Assembly: GCA_029717555.1 (NCBI GenBank)
Contig: JAMDHS010000101.1
Span: 1-64,000, forward strand
DNA length: 64,000 bases
Reading direction: 5' to 3'
From: Peribolospora baueri
Lineage: Eukaryota
Below, in pieces: positions 1 through 11,489 of this stretch. Below the pieces are notes generated by a model. The model was not told the DNA's origin, did no database searches, and saw only the letters and a program-made list of their open reading frames with translations. Within the stretch, counting starts at the first letter, position 1, and every line of letters starts with the position of its first letter. The position numbers and the translations under genes are program-made.

Positions 1-38
<38 letters not shown>
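1..38. repeat. Poly(A) run of at least 38 nt (poly-T on the minus strand) inside an intron of the KH-domain gene
   Basis: 38 A's at the window edge. On the minus strand it follows a GTGAGT donor (97-92) and a TTCTCAC branch-like motif (60-54), so it sits where a polypyrimidine tract would be. Confidence 0.85.
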
Positions 39-40
<2 letters not shown>

Positions 41-97
41 ACGAAACACGCGGGTGAGAACGCGAAAAGTCCTCATCGTCCGATGGGAAAAACTCAC

Positions 98-2599
98 CAA
101 CTGCATGATGGACCGAATAGTGCGCTCAATATTAACGCGATGATCTCCATAGACAGAGATAAGGCTCGCCTGACTCCCAATAATCGGAAAGTTAATAAAC
201 GTGCCGTTATCGTGCATGACCGTCTTAATCTCTTCCAACCGATCCGTCAACATCCAATCGAGTTTGCGAGGGAGGATGGCGGTATCGCGAGAGATGATAC
301 AGTTGCTCTTGTGCATCGATACTTGGAATAACATCTCTCTCGCCCTTTGAACGCCAAAGAATTCGCCAGTGATGTAGATCGTGTTTTGTTTCGCCAATAC
401 GCCCGGGTTGCGCGTCGAGCCTAGGACGCCGGAGAGGGGCGTAGGCAAGTAGATGTTGGTCGCCGTCTCCTCCTGGATCGTCTGGATGACGCACCGCTTC
501 CGACCGGAGACAATGTTGTGGAGCTTGTAGTCGATCTCGCACGTGTCCGAGTGCAAGCCGCTGAGCTCGTCTAGCAGGACAAGCACTTGAACCCTGGCCT
601 GCTCCACGCTCTCGTACGAGCCCGTGACGACGATCTCGACGGTGCGTTCCGTCTCGAGGCCATTGCCAAGGTCAGTCCCGCCGGCGTCCGTTCCGACGAC
701 GGAGAGGTGGGCGTGCGTGCTCAACGCAATCTCGTCCAAACGCTCCTGCACCGAAGGCTTGAGGCGCTCGACGGTCGACGACGAAAAGTCGGTCCGCGGC
801 GGCGACGGCGACGGCAGCGAGTCCACATTATTGCCCGCAGACGCACCCCCGCGCGTCGAAGGCGAGTTTCGGCCGGGAGAACTTCGGTGGCCCTCAGCGG
901 GATCGCTGCCGCTGCCGCGGGCGCGAGCGGGGACGGACTCGATGAGGTCCGCCCTGGCGACCCGGACGACGCTCTTAGTCTTGAAAGGACTGTCCCTAAG
1001 CAGAGCGCCTCTCGCGCTCATCACCTGCTGGTACCCGCCGCTGAGGTGAAAGTTAAACTTGGGCGGCTGCTTGGACAGGTTCGCGTTCCCGACGTCGACC
1101 TGGGTGCCGGGACCGGAGGAGGGAGCGGTGGCGCCGGTGACGCCGAGACCGTAGGGAGGGTGGTGGTGGTGGTGACTGGCGTGCGAAGGAAGCGGGACGT
1201 TGACCGACGCGGGCGTGCTGAACGAGCTCCGCTGGGAGCGAGGCATGACGGGTGCACCGAAAGGCGCGCCGGCGGCACCACCCATCGAAGGAAAGGGCAC
1301 GCCACCTCCGACGCTGGTGGCAGGGGTGGTGGGGGCGCCGGATCCGCCAATAGGCCCATACGAGAACCCGGACGCGCCGGTGGCGGGAGCCGGGGAGAGG
1401 GTGGAATGCTGGCTCGAAGGCGTGCCGAGCGAGTGGTGATACGAATACGGGCTGGCGTTGAGGCTCGGGCTGCCTTGGGACGCGACGACGCCGGTGGTGG
1501 GCAAGGGCGGATGATAAGGATACTGGTGACCGTTCCAGCCGTGTGGACCGACGACGGCCTGGGCAGGATGGAGGCCGGGACTGTGTCCGGCGGGGACGGG
1601 GACGGCGGACATCTGGCTGTGGAACGCGTAAGGCCTCTGCTGAGCCTGCTGCTGAGCCTGAGCCGCGGCTTGCACCTGGGCAGCCATGGCTTGGAGGTGG
1701 GCCTGGTGGGCCTCGCGCTGAACGACGGGATCGACCTTGTCAAAGGTGACGAGGCACTGGTGGTTGCTCATCACTTCGCCGGTGAGCTTGCGCATCGATT
1801 CGATGAGATCCTCCTCCGTGCTCGCTGCGCCTCCGTCGTCCGACTCGATTCGCGGCGGCGACATGGACGTCGAGGCCGGAGCAGACGACGGGGCGACTGG
1901 GTTGTGGTCCGCGGCGGCGGGGCTCGGGTCGACGTGAAGTTGGGGCACCCGCGGCTCTTCGCTCGAGTTCTTGGCGCTGGGGAAAGCCGAGCTGGGGGCG
2001 GTGGTGCCGGTGCCGGTGCCACTGGAAACCGAGCTGGCGTCGCCGTGAACGTCGCCGCCGGAGGCGGACGTGACGACGGATGCGCGATCCAAGCTATCTC
2101 TCGCGCCTGCGACGACGACGCCCGTCCCTTCCTCGGCGATCTGTGATCCGCGGCCACCATTCGTCGCTCCGGTCCTGCCCAAGGCGGCGCTCCTCAGGCT
2201 GGCGCTCGAGGCTCTCTCGGTGAGGCCCGCGTGACCGCCGTGAGGTCGGAAGGCGGGCGCCGCCGCGCTGAAGCTGGAGCTCGGGCGATGAGGACCATGA
2301 GAGCGCTGAGGGCGCTGGCTCGGTTGGACGGGCTGGTGCTGAGCCTGTGCTTCGACCGAAGGCAGCTTGGGAGCGGCACTCAAGGGAGGCGCCGAGAGAG
2401 GCTGCTGCGAGGAGCGAGGGGCGGGCTGAAGGGGTGCGGCCGGCGCAGCGGGATCAGCGGGCGAGTCGTAGGTGAAATCTGTTCGGGCCGAGGTGGGGTT
2501 GGGGGAAGCGTCGACGGCGAAAAGGATGGTGGCGGAGGAGGAGGAGGAGTTATTGTTGTAGGAGCGAGGGAGGTTGAACGAGGTGGTGTAGAGATCCAT
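98..2599 (-). CDS. khd4: Multi-KH-domain RNA-binding protein, Khd4/Mug60/YLL032C type (first coding exon; gene continues off the window)
   Basis: Manual translation from ATG at 2599 (MDLYTTSFNLPRSY...); the 2502-nt span (834 codons) ends at a phase-0 GTGAGT donor at 97. It contains ETERTVEIVVTGSYESVEQARVQVLVLLDELSGLHSDTCEIDYKLHNIVSGRKRCVIQTIQEETATNIYLP...IYITGEFFGVQRAREML...LISVYGDHRVNIERTIRSIMQL, which resembles KH repeats of this family. Probably missing from the ORF track because the frame runs off the edge; the 587..2146 + ORF is its in-register antisense shadow. Confidence 0.85.
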
Positions 2600-4049
2600 G
2601 GCGGCGAGCGGTGGCGAAAGAAGGCTAACGTAGGGGGGAGGGGATGCTACAGAGACCCGACTCTTGATACTGGACAAGGAAAGAAGGACAAAGGGTAGCC
2701 GGACGTTGGGGTCACGAGGGTGGGTAGACGGGGGGGTATGTGTTTGTGGGGGTGGTGGGCGAACAGAGAGCTTCGTTCGAGCCGGACGCGAACGGGGGAG
2801 CGAGGGGGAGAGGAAGGAAGAGCGTCCGTGAGCGATCTGGGCGCAATGACCAAGCGTCGTCGGTCTTGGATGGGAGGACGAGACGGGTGGGGGAAGCGAC
2901 GTCGAGCGCGATCAACCAAGCAATCGATGGCGGGGGGGTGGGAGGGAAAGAAGGGAGTGGCCGGGGGTGTGGGATGAACTGAAAGGGGGGGATGGATGGA
3001 AGAAGGGGAGGGATGAAGGGCGATGTGAGCGGGGGCTCGTCTGTGATCGACGTCGGTCGATGCGACGGTGGTCACCGGCTGTTGTGCTCTGGTCTGCTCA
3101 CCCTGGCGTCTGTCTAGTGGGCCTCTACGAAAGAGGGACGCGGAGGGAAGGAGGAGGGCGACGAGGGCGGTGGAGGGCGGTGGGAGAAAGAAAAGGAGAA
3201 AAAAAGAGGGAGAAAGAGGAGGTGATGAGCGTTGGTGGTGTTCGGCTCGGCTTTGAAATAATCCTCGACTCGCATCTCGGCGTGTGCTCGATGAGGAACT
3301 TCCGCCGCGCGCGCGTCTTCCCTCGGGTCCTCGCTCCTCCCCTTTTTTCGAGTCGCTCCCCTCTGTGTGGGCGGACTCAAATGTGTCTCCCTTACTCAAC
3401 TCCGGAAGCAGACGGGCGAGGAATGACGGACGGACGGGCTGGCGAACGAAACGGCCGGACGCGTCGAGACGGCACGGCACGGCACGGCACGGCACGGCCC
3501 GGCTCGGCTCGTCTTGTCGAGTCGTTGCCACCGTACTCACCTGGGGCAAGGCGTCGTCGACGCGGGGCGAGGGCGGGTGGTGGAGGAGCGAGGACGGAGG
3601 GAGGAGGGCAAAGGGAAGGTGGTGCGAAGAAAGAGGGGAGCGTGATCGGAGGGAGGGAGGGAAGGAGGGAGGTGGGAGGTGGTGGCGGGCGAGGGTGGTG
3701 GTGGTGGGTGGGGGAGAGCGGGAGCAGGAGCGGCGGGGTGATGAAGGCGAGCGACGAGGTGACGGGAGGGAGGGAGGTATGGGATGGATGGGATGGGATG
3801 GGATAGATGAGCGATGGATGGAATGGGGATGTTGGATGCTAAGCAAGCGCAAGCTGATCCTGATCCTAGATTGCGATGGTGGCACGACAACGGCGACTAC
3901 CGACGACGACGACTGACGGCGAACGACGTCGAGTCGAGAGCGGTGGCGAGGAACGAAAGAGAGGGCAAGCAAAGACAAGGCAAGCCGAGCCGAGCCGCGC
4001 AACGGGAAATGGTTCGATGATGATCTTCTGGCTGGCTGGCGCGCGCAGA

Positions 4050-4081
<32 letters not shown>

Positions 4082-5880
4082 TTGGGGCTGACCCACGCGG
4101 GGCGACGGACGATGACTAGTCACGCACGCTGACCGGCGGCGACCCTGACCCTGACTGACTGACGGAGACCGAGACCGAGGCCGAGGTGCGCTCGTTCTGT
4201 TCTACGTGGCGTAGGCCGGCGAGGTAGGATGGGAGGATGGATGGATGGATGGACGGACGGACGGACGGACGAGTGGGCGGGCGAGCGGGCGAGCAAGTGG
4301 GCGGGCAGGAAGGAAGGAGAGACGCCGGTGGGACAAGGCCAGGCAGGACAGGGGCCGATGTGACGAACTGGATGGGTCGACGGTCGAATGGATAGTCGGA
4401 TGGAATGGGTGTGACTGAAGCGAACAAGGTGCGCGTCCTCGTCCGATGATCGTGCGACGGTCGCACAGGCTGGGGACGAGGGGGGATCGTCGGTCTATAG
4501 ACTCGTACGCTAGGTGGGAACGAGCGAGCGAGCGAGCGAAGGAACGACAAGGAGGTGAAGAAGGACAAGGAGGGAGGAAGGAAGGAAGGAAGGACGGACG
4601 GACACAGACAGGCGTTCGTCGACACGAGGAAGAAATGGTTTTTATTTTTCTTGCTCGCCGTTTCTCTCTCGTCATTCCATCATCCACGATCGACGGACGG
4701 GCGGACAACGACGGCCAGCGATGAAGGCCGAACCGAGCGGCCTCGCTTCCCTTGGCGGCCGACCGACGGCCCGCACGCAGCACCCGCGAGCCGGCCGGGG
4801 AGGCCAGGGAGAGAGAGCAAGAGGAAGAGCGAGAACGAGAACGAGAACGAGAACGCGAGACATCGACATTAGACACAGACAGACAGACAGACACGGCACG
4901 AGGGAAGAGTGGGAGCGTCGGTCGACGCGATGATAGATGGGCCCAGAGACAGCACGCGAGACAAACCAACCCGTCCTTCCTTCATTAACACCTCCACCCA
5001 AGCCCCGTCCTTCTCTGCCGCTCAAAACATATTTTCCCTCTCCTCTTTGCTTCCTCTGCCGCCGCGCACGGGGCAGACAGACAGACAGAGACAAAGCAAG
5101 CAAGGCATATTCATTACAACCGGAAACAAACCCGCAAGAGGGCAAGATAAAAGGCGGTGCGGTGCGCGGCACGGCACGCCAGCGAAAAGGGAGCGAGGGA
5201 GGCATGGTGGGCGCGGCGAGGGGATGCAAACAGAAAGGGCGGACCACATCTACCCGCTCCAGGCGGGGACGGCCGAGCGAGTGGAGGCGACCTGCGACCT
5301 GTGTGTCCCCCCGTCCCGAGTCCGGGGCCCGTGTCCATCCGTGCCGGCACGACGCCCGCCCGGAGCGTGTCGGACGACCTCGCTCGCTCGGTAAGGACGA
5401 CCGACTCACCTTGCCTTCATCTTCCATCACATCGTCCGCCAGCACACGCACGCGCGCTTGCTTCCTTCCTCACCCCGGGTCGTCAACATCGCTGACGGCG
5501 CCGACCGGGTCGAGTCGGCCTCCAAAGACCGTCCGACGACGACCGACGGACCGACCTACCGGGGCCGATTTCGCCGTCCTTGTCTTCCGTATGTTCGAAT
5601 GTCCGATGCGAGAGCTGGCCGGGTCGAATCGAATCGAATCGACCTGAAAGAAAGCAAAGAACGACGATCGATCCCTTAGTGGCCGCACGTCCGTCTTTCC
5701 ATCTCGGAAAACGCCGACCTAGCTCCGGCCAGCCGCCACACGGACGAACGCGCGGCCCTGGATCATCCAAGTCATCATCATCCATCATCATCATCAAAGC
5801 GCTCATCATCCATCGATTCATCGTTTGTCTTGTCTTGGCGAGACACCGGGCCAAGCACGAGCTACGAGCTAGGCCCACAC

Positions 5881-5919
<39 letters not shown>
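5881..5919. repeat. (GTCTCG)n hexanucleotide microsatellite
   Basis: About 6.5 tandem copies. One of many SSRs (GAC, GGAT, AGAC, CACGG) in the 2.6-11.4 kb intergenic region. Confidence 0.9.
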
Positions 5920-5920
<1 letters not shown>

Positions 5921-8900
5921 CCGGGTCGTTTGCGCGGCGAAACTCGCTTGGATTCGAGGGTCGAGGGGACCTCGAGTTCGGTCTCGTCCCTTTCGAAAAC
6001 TCGCGACGCCGTTCCGCCCTTCTTTGCGCGTCGCCGGGAGGGAGAGAGAGTGACGGAACGCGGCCGCGGGGCGGCCGGGGAAAAAGAAAAGAAAAGAAAG
6101 CGTCATCATTCGTACGCCCACCCGCCTCCGGCTCTCGGTCTCGGCCCGAGCCGGCCGTCCTCGAGGAACGACTGATTGAAGCTGGAGTAAAAGCGACGGC
6201 CACGGCGACGGCCACGGCGGCCTACTCGATCGAGGTCAAGACAAGGATAGAACGATGGCGCGCGCAGAAGAGGGGCGCGCGCAATGCAATGCAATACCTG
6301 CCCATCTGTCTCACATCGCTTGCCGACCGACGCGGCTGACTGACTGACGGACTGACTGACTGACACTTGGGAACCGAAAATGCCAGGCCGGACTCTGTTT
6401 GGTCCAACTCTCGGGTCGACCACTGTGTGAGCGAGGACCGACGCTCCGAGCTGCCGAGCTTCCACCCCGCTCGCCCCGGTGTCGTCCGACCGAGTCCGAT
6501 CGATGATGTCAAGCCGACGAAGGATGGAGACGGAGACAGAGACGGACGGCCGCTTAGGTCACTCGGCAAACAAGGTGAGAAGGATGATGAGAAGGAGAAC
6601 GTACAGGCGGGACACATGAGAGGACCGAGCGAGCTCCGACTAGGCGCATTCCCGCTCGCCAAGGACGGGCCAACAACCAGTTCATGGCAACGACGCTCTG
6701 TTCTTCCCTCTCTTCCTTGACTTCTCCTCCTCCTTTTTGCGCTGACAAGCTAGCTAACTACATGCTCGTCCCCGTCATTAAGGCACGGGGGGGAGACGCG
6801 GAGAGTCGCGCGCGGACTTGGCTCGCAATATGGACAGGAACGAGACGAAAAGAAAACAAAAAGTCGAGGTGACGGTGCGGGTGATACGCTGGCCTTTCGT
6901 TCATCGCCCCGTCTTCGTCCCGACCATCCTCCCTGTGTCTTCGCATTTTCGCTTCCTCAGCCGGTCGCCGTCGGCCCAGCTAGGCTAGGCTAGGTCCTTC
7001 ATGGCCTGCCCGCTTCCATGTTTCCTTCCACCTTTCCACTATTTCCTTTTCTTTTCCACCTCGTTCGCCGCCTTAGCTCCGTGCGGTCGAACCGCGTGAT
7101 CGATTCTCGCCCTGGCGGAAAAACGCTTACTTGACTCCGCCAGCCACGCAAACACCGAACACCGAGCGCATCCCCATTTTTTTTACCGTACTGCTCTTAG
7201 GCACCGGCGGCGGCCGCTTAATAATAAGCGACGCATGCGCCTCGCCTCGAGAAGCCTCGACGTCGAGTTCGCCCTCCCCTCCCCTCCCTCTTCGGCTGGC
7301 TCCGGCATGTCGGCTCCACGGCGCCGGAACCGCGTTCCTTCCTTGGCTCGACCGACCGATCACACCGTGCCGCTCCCTCCCGCTGGACCGGACCACGTCC
7401 GTCCGCTTCTCGTTTCGTTTCGCCCTCCTTCCCAACCGATCGGGCCGTCAGCCAGTCCAGTCGGTCGGCCGGGAGAGAGGGAGGCGCCGTGGGCGGCGGA
7501 GAAAGTCGGCGGACCTGAAATTCACGCTCGCCCCGGCTGGGGAGGACTGGGACTACTTACTGGACTGGTCGTGTGACCTCCTCGGCCTTGCTTGCCCTCC
7601 CTTCTGCAGACTCACCCGCTCGTCGCACCACCACCTCGTCTCCCGTTCGAGCCCGCCGCACATCTCTCTGGTTCTCTCCTCGACGCCAATCGATCGATGA
7701 CTTGGCCAATCCGCCGACGTTCCCGGGCTGCTCGCTCCATCCCGACCGACACCTCTGTGCCGCGCCGTGCTTTTTTCCTTTTTTTTTGCGAACCGGGTGA
7801 AGCCGTAGGAACAAGGTCCGAAAAGCCTTTTCCTTCCTCCTTCGACTCTCCTCAATGGCTGGACGCCCTCGTCCTTCCGTCCGTTACTCCTCCTCCTTTG
7901 ATTCGACGATGACAGGGAATCGTGGGTCCTCCCCTCCTGTTCAACGGCGCGCTGGAAAGGCGACGCCGGAGGCCGTCGGCCGGTGTGTCGTGCGTGGAAC
8001 ATGACCGGCGAGGCCGCTGGCACGAACGATGAGCGAATAGGACGCCCCTGTCCCTTCTCCACCCGCTCTCTTTCCCGACCGACCGACGCCCTCACACGGA
8101 GTTGCGAGCGCACCCCCGGTGCGGGGTCACGGATGGGAATAGGACCAATGGCCGAACGTCGATCGACTGGTGTCCGAGCGCTGGCCGGTCGCGTCCGTGT
8201 CTCCTTTAGAGAAGTGCGCGGGGGACCGGTTTCGTGCGCGTTTACATGCTCGGTTGGAGGACGAGGCGCCGCCGGGGATCCCATCAGCTTGGCCCGTCGG
8301 TCTGTCTGCTGTACGACTTGATCTCTTCGAGCAGTCGATGTGATGGCGGCCCAGCGTGGTTCTGACTTGTGTCTCCTCGTAAAGCGCAGGCAGAGGACGG
8401 GGTGACGTAATTGTCGTCCGTGCGCTTGGCTTGCCATAGACGGGGCGACGTGTAATTGTCATCCGTGCGCTTCGCTTTCTATTGCAAGCCATCGAACTTC
8501 TGCTGACGGCGGTCTCGAAAGAGGTGGTGCGCCTTTGTGCCCGCAGTCGAAACAGGCGCGTCCCTTCTTCTTGCGTCGTCGTGATGCGAGGCGGCGGGGC
8601 GAGAGTGAGCGTGGCATGTCTTTGAGGCGGAGCGGCCCCTGGGCTGAAAAAAGCGGCGTTACATCGTCCCATCGTCCACTGATTCGCTGTCGTTGATATG
8701 GAGCATCGTGCGGCAGCAGCAGCTAGGATGTTCTCCATGAATGCCTCCCAGCTAAGCGTCCCTCCGGTGGTCATCACCCAGTCCAGTGGGGCGCTGGTCA
8801 GGTCGGAGAGCGGGGACGGAATGGTGGAAGGACGTGTACCGTTTTTTTTTTTCTTGCGTCGGAGAAGGGTGGCGATCTTCCTATTTGCTAAGGAGCGCAC

Positions 8901-10301
8901 CGAGCCGAGCCGAGCTCGTAGACGTTCGCGCTCCGTCTCGTTTCTTCTTGTCCTGTGGTGAGCGTCGTCTGAGAATGCCGGAGGAAAGAGTTGCTGCTGC
9001 AGCTCTCGTCCCTCGTGTCAGCTTCGCTTCTTCGCCCATCTAACTGTTGAACGTCGCAAGTGTCGTCCATGTTGATCTGATCGAGGTCTTTAACTATCGT
9101 CGTGTGTCAGTGAAGTCGGTGGGGAAGGGAAGGGCAAGGGCATGACCAGTGTCCGTCGTTGTCGTCACGACGAGGTGCTGATAGGGGGAATGCGCGGACG
9201 AAAGTTGGCGTCGATAAGCGATTTAACAAGGAATCGACGAAGATCCAACAACAGGGAACGCGTATCCACATGTGGCATGGTCAGGACGGGCGAGGATGGC
9301 AGATGGGATGGAAGGAAGGAAGAGATGGACGAGCGAGGTAGGCGGGGTCGGATCCGCTCGATTGATCCTCTCTCGTCCGTCGCCTCGCATCGCATCGCCT
9401 CGCATCGCATGGCATCTCATCGCGCCTTACTTCCAGAACGAACGGCTGTTGAGGGACGGTGTGACGATCGTCGATTTTGATTCAAACATATATATGTACG
9501 TACGTACATACATACATAAGGCACGCCTCCCGGCATGCCTTGGCATGTCCGTCTGTCCCTTCCTTTCTTCGTTCCCTTCGCCGTGACGCCGGCGGCGATC
9601 CGGGGACGGGGAGGGAAGGTAGAGCGAGGAGGAGAGGAGGTGATGTGATGAGTTTTGGAGACGTTAACGACGGACGAGATCGACTGATCGATGCCAGGCA
9701 CGGACAGGGCGAACGGGCACAGCAGGAGGCCCGGCCAAAGAAAGGGTCGAGGAAGGAAAGGGGAGGGCTGAAGGGAAAAAGAAAAAAGGAAAAAGGAAAG
9801 AATAAAGAGAAAAGGAAATGGAAAAGGAAAAGAAAATGGAAAAGGAATGTCGACGCGAGCGCTGCGCTCGGTCGTCGCTCGCTTGGCCTGCTGCGACTGG
9901 CTGCGGCGTGATGGGGAGAGGGGAAGGCGATCGGGGCGGGCGGCGGCGGTGGGCGTTGGACTAAGAGAAGGAAAGATGATGGGTGGAGGCGGGTTGAAAT
10001 GAATGTGGATGGCGACAGACGTGTGCTGACATGTCGCGGTCAAGGTTGGCGTTGCCATCTTCGGTACGATAGATAGACAAGGCGTCGGCGTGGCGAGCTA
10101 CTACGCTACGGACTTGCCGTGCGTGGCAACCGGCTGTCCTTGTCCTTCGTTTCGTCCTTCCTCCCGTCCCGGAGCGGCGGCGGCGGCGGGGAGGCCCAAG
10201 GCGAAGGCGGTGCTGGATGATGGACTTGCTCTTGCCTGCTGGCTCTCTCTTTGCTTTGGGTCTGCTCTCGTTTGCTTTCTCTCTCCTTCCTTGTATCGAG
10301 C

Positions 10302-10346
<45 letters not shown>

Positions 10347-11489
10347 CACCCACGACGAGGGCGTATGTATGTACATGTAATGTGATGTGATGGGCGGCGG
10401 GCGGAAGGAGATAGGTGTCGGGTTGGGCGCTGAGGGAGAGAAGGTGGGAGTGGAAGGAGGGAGGTGGATGGGACTGGGTGGAAGTGGAAGTGGAAGTGGA
10501 TGTGGATGTGGATGGTTATGGAATGCGACGCCGTGGCTTGGCTGGCGGGCTGGCGACGCTCGATTGGACTGGACTCTGACCCCGCCATCTTGAGGTCGAC
10601 TGTCTTGCTGTCTTGGTTGTCAGTCGTCCTGTCTCGTCTGTCTTCTCGCCGCCTCGCTCGTTCATCTTCGTCTTCGTCTTCGTCTTCGTCTTCGTCTTCG
10701 TATTCCTCGCCCCCCTCCTCCACTCCACCCATCCTGGATATCCGAGGCCTTGGGCCCGAGCGTGAGCCGGAGTTGGGCTAAGCGCTAACCACGCACGCGT
10801 CTGCCTGTCCCGCTTCCGCCCAAGCCAAGCCAGCCAGAGCAAGAGCCAACGCCTTGCCTTGGCTTGCTCCCATCCATCATCATCACGCCGCCCCACCAAG
10901 TCTTCTCATTTCTTGTCTCTTCTCTCCTTTCGTCTTCTCTCTTCTCTTCTCTTCTCTCCTCATCTCCTCTCCTCTCCTCTCTCATCTCCTCTCCTCTCTC
11001 TCCGCCATTTCCTCCACCACCGCCATCGCCTGTACAAACTCCACCTCCCTCCCACGCTCTCTCCCCGCGTACGTCCTCTCTAACCCCCTCTGTACGTGTC
11101 CAACCGACGCTGGCCCACCTCTGACCTCCTCTCTACCCTCGCCGTCGCCGTCGCCAGTGCCCTGCCCTCCTACCGCTCTCCTCGCCCCGCACGCTTCAGC
11201 CGCCGCCTCCCTCTTGGCTGTGGCTGCAGCCCTCGACGCAGACCATCACGGTGCGGTGCGGCGGATAGGATAGCTCAGCGAGAGCGCACAGAGGCACAGG
11301 AAGACGAGAGAGAGTGTGTGTGTGTGTGGATGTGCTTGTGTGTGCCGGGGCCTTCTCCACCATATCCACTCCTCCTCCTCCTTCCTCCCTGGCGGTGCAG
11401 CTGAGCGCATGTCCGACGACGTCGCCCTTCACCCGTATCATCGCCACTCCTCCCTCTGACACGCCCAACGACGGCTTTCTTCCAACGAC

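Noticed and set aside
1..38. Poly(A) as a retroelement or mRNA tail
   Set aside because: It lies within an intron context on the minus strand and there is no adjacent RT or TSD evidence; it is truncated by the window edge.
587..2146. 519-aa plus-strand ORF
   Set aside because: In-register antisense shadow of the minus-strand KH-domain exon; no recognisable motifs.
2647..11400. Numerous 100-450 aa ORFs in the large intergenic region
   Set aside because: Low-complexity translations of microsatellites in GC-rich DNA, with no domain motifs.
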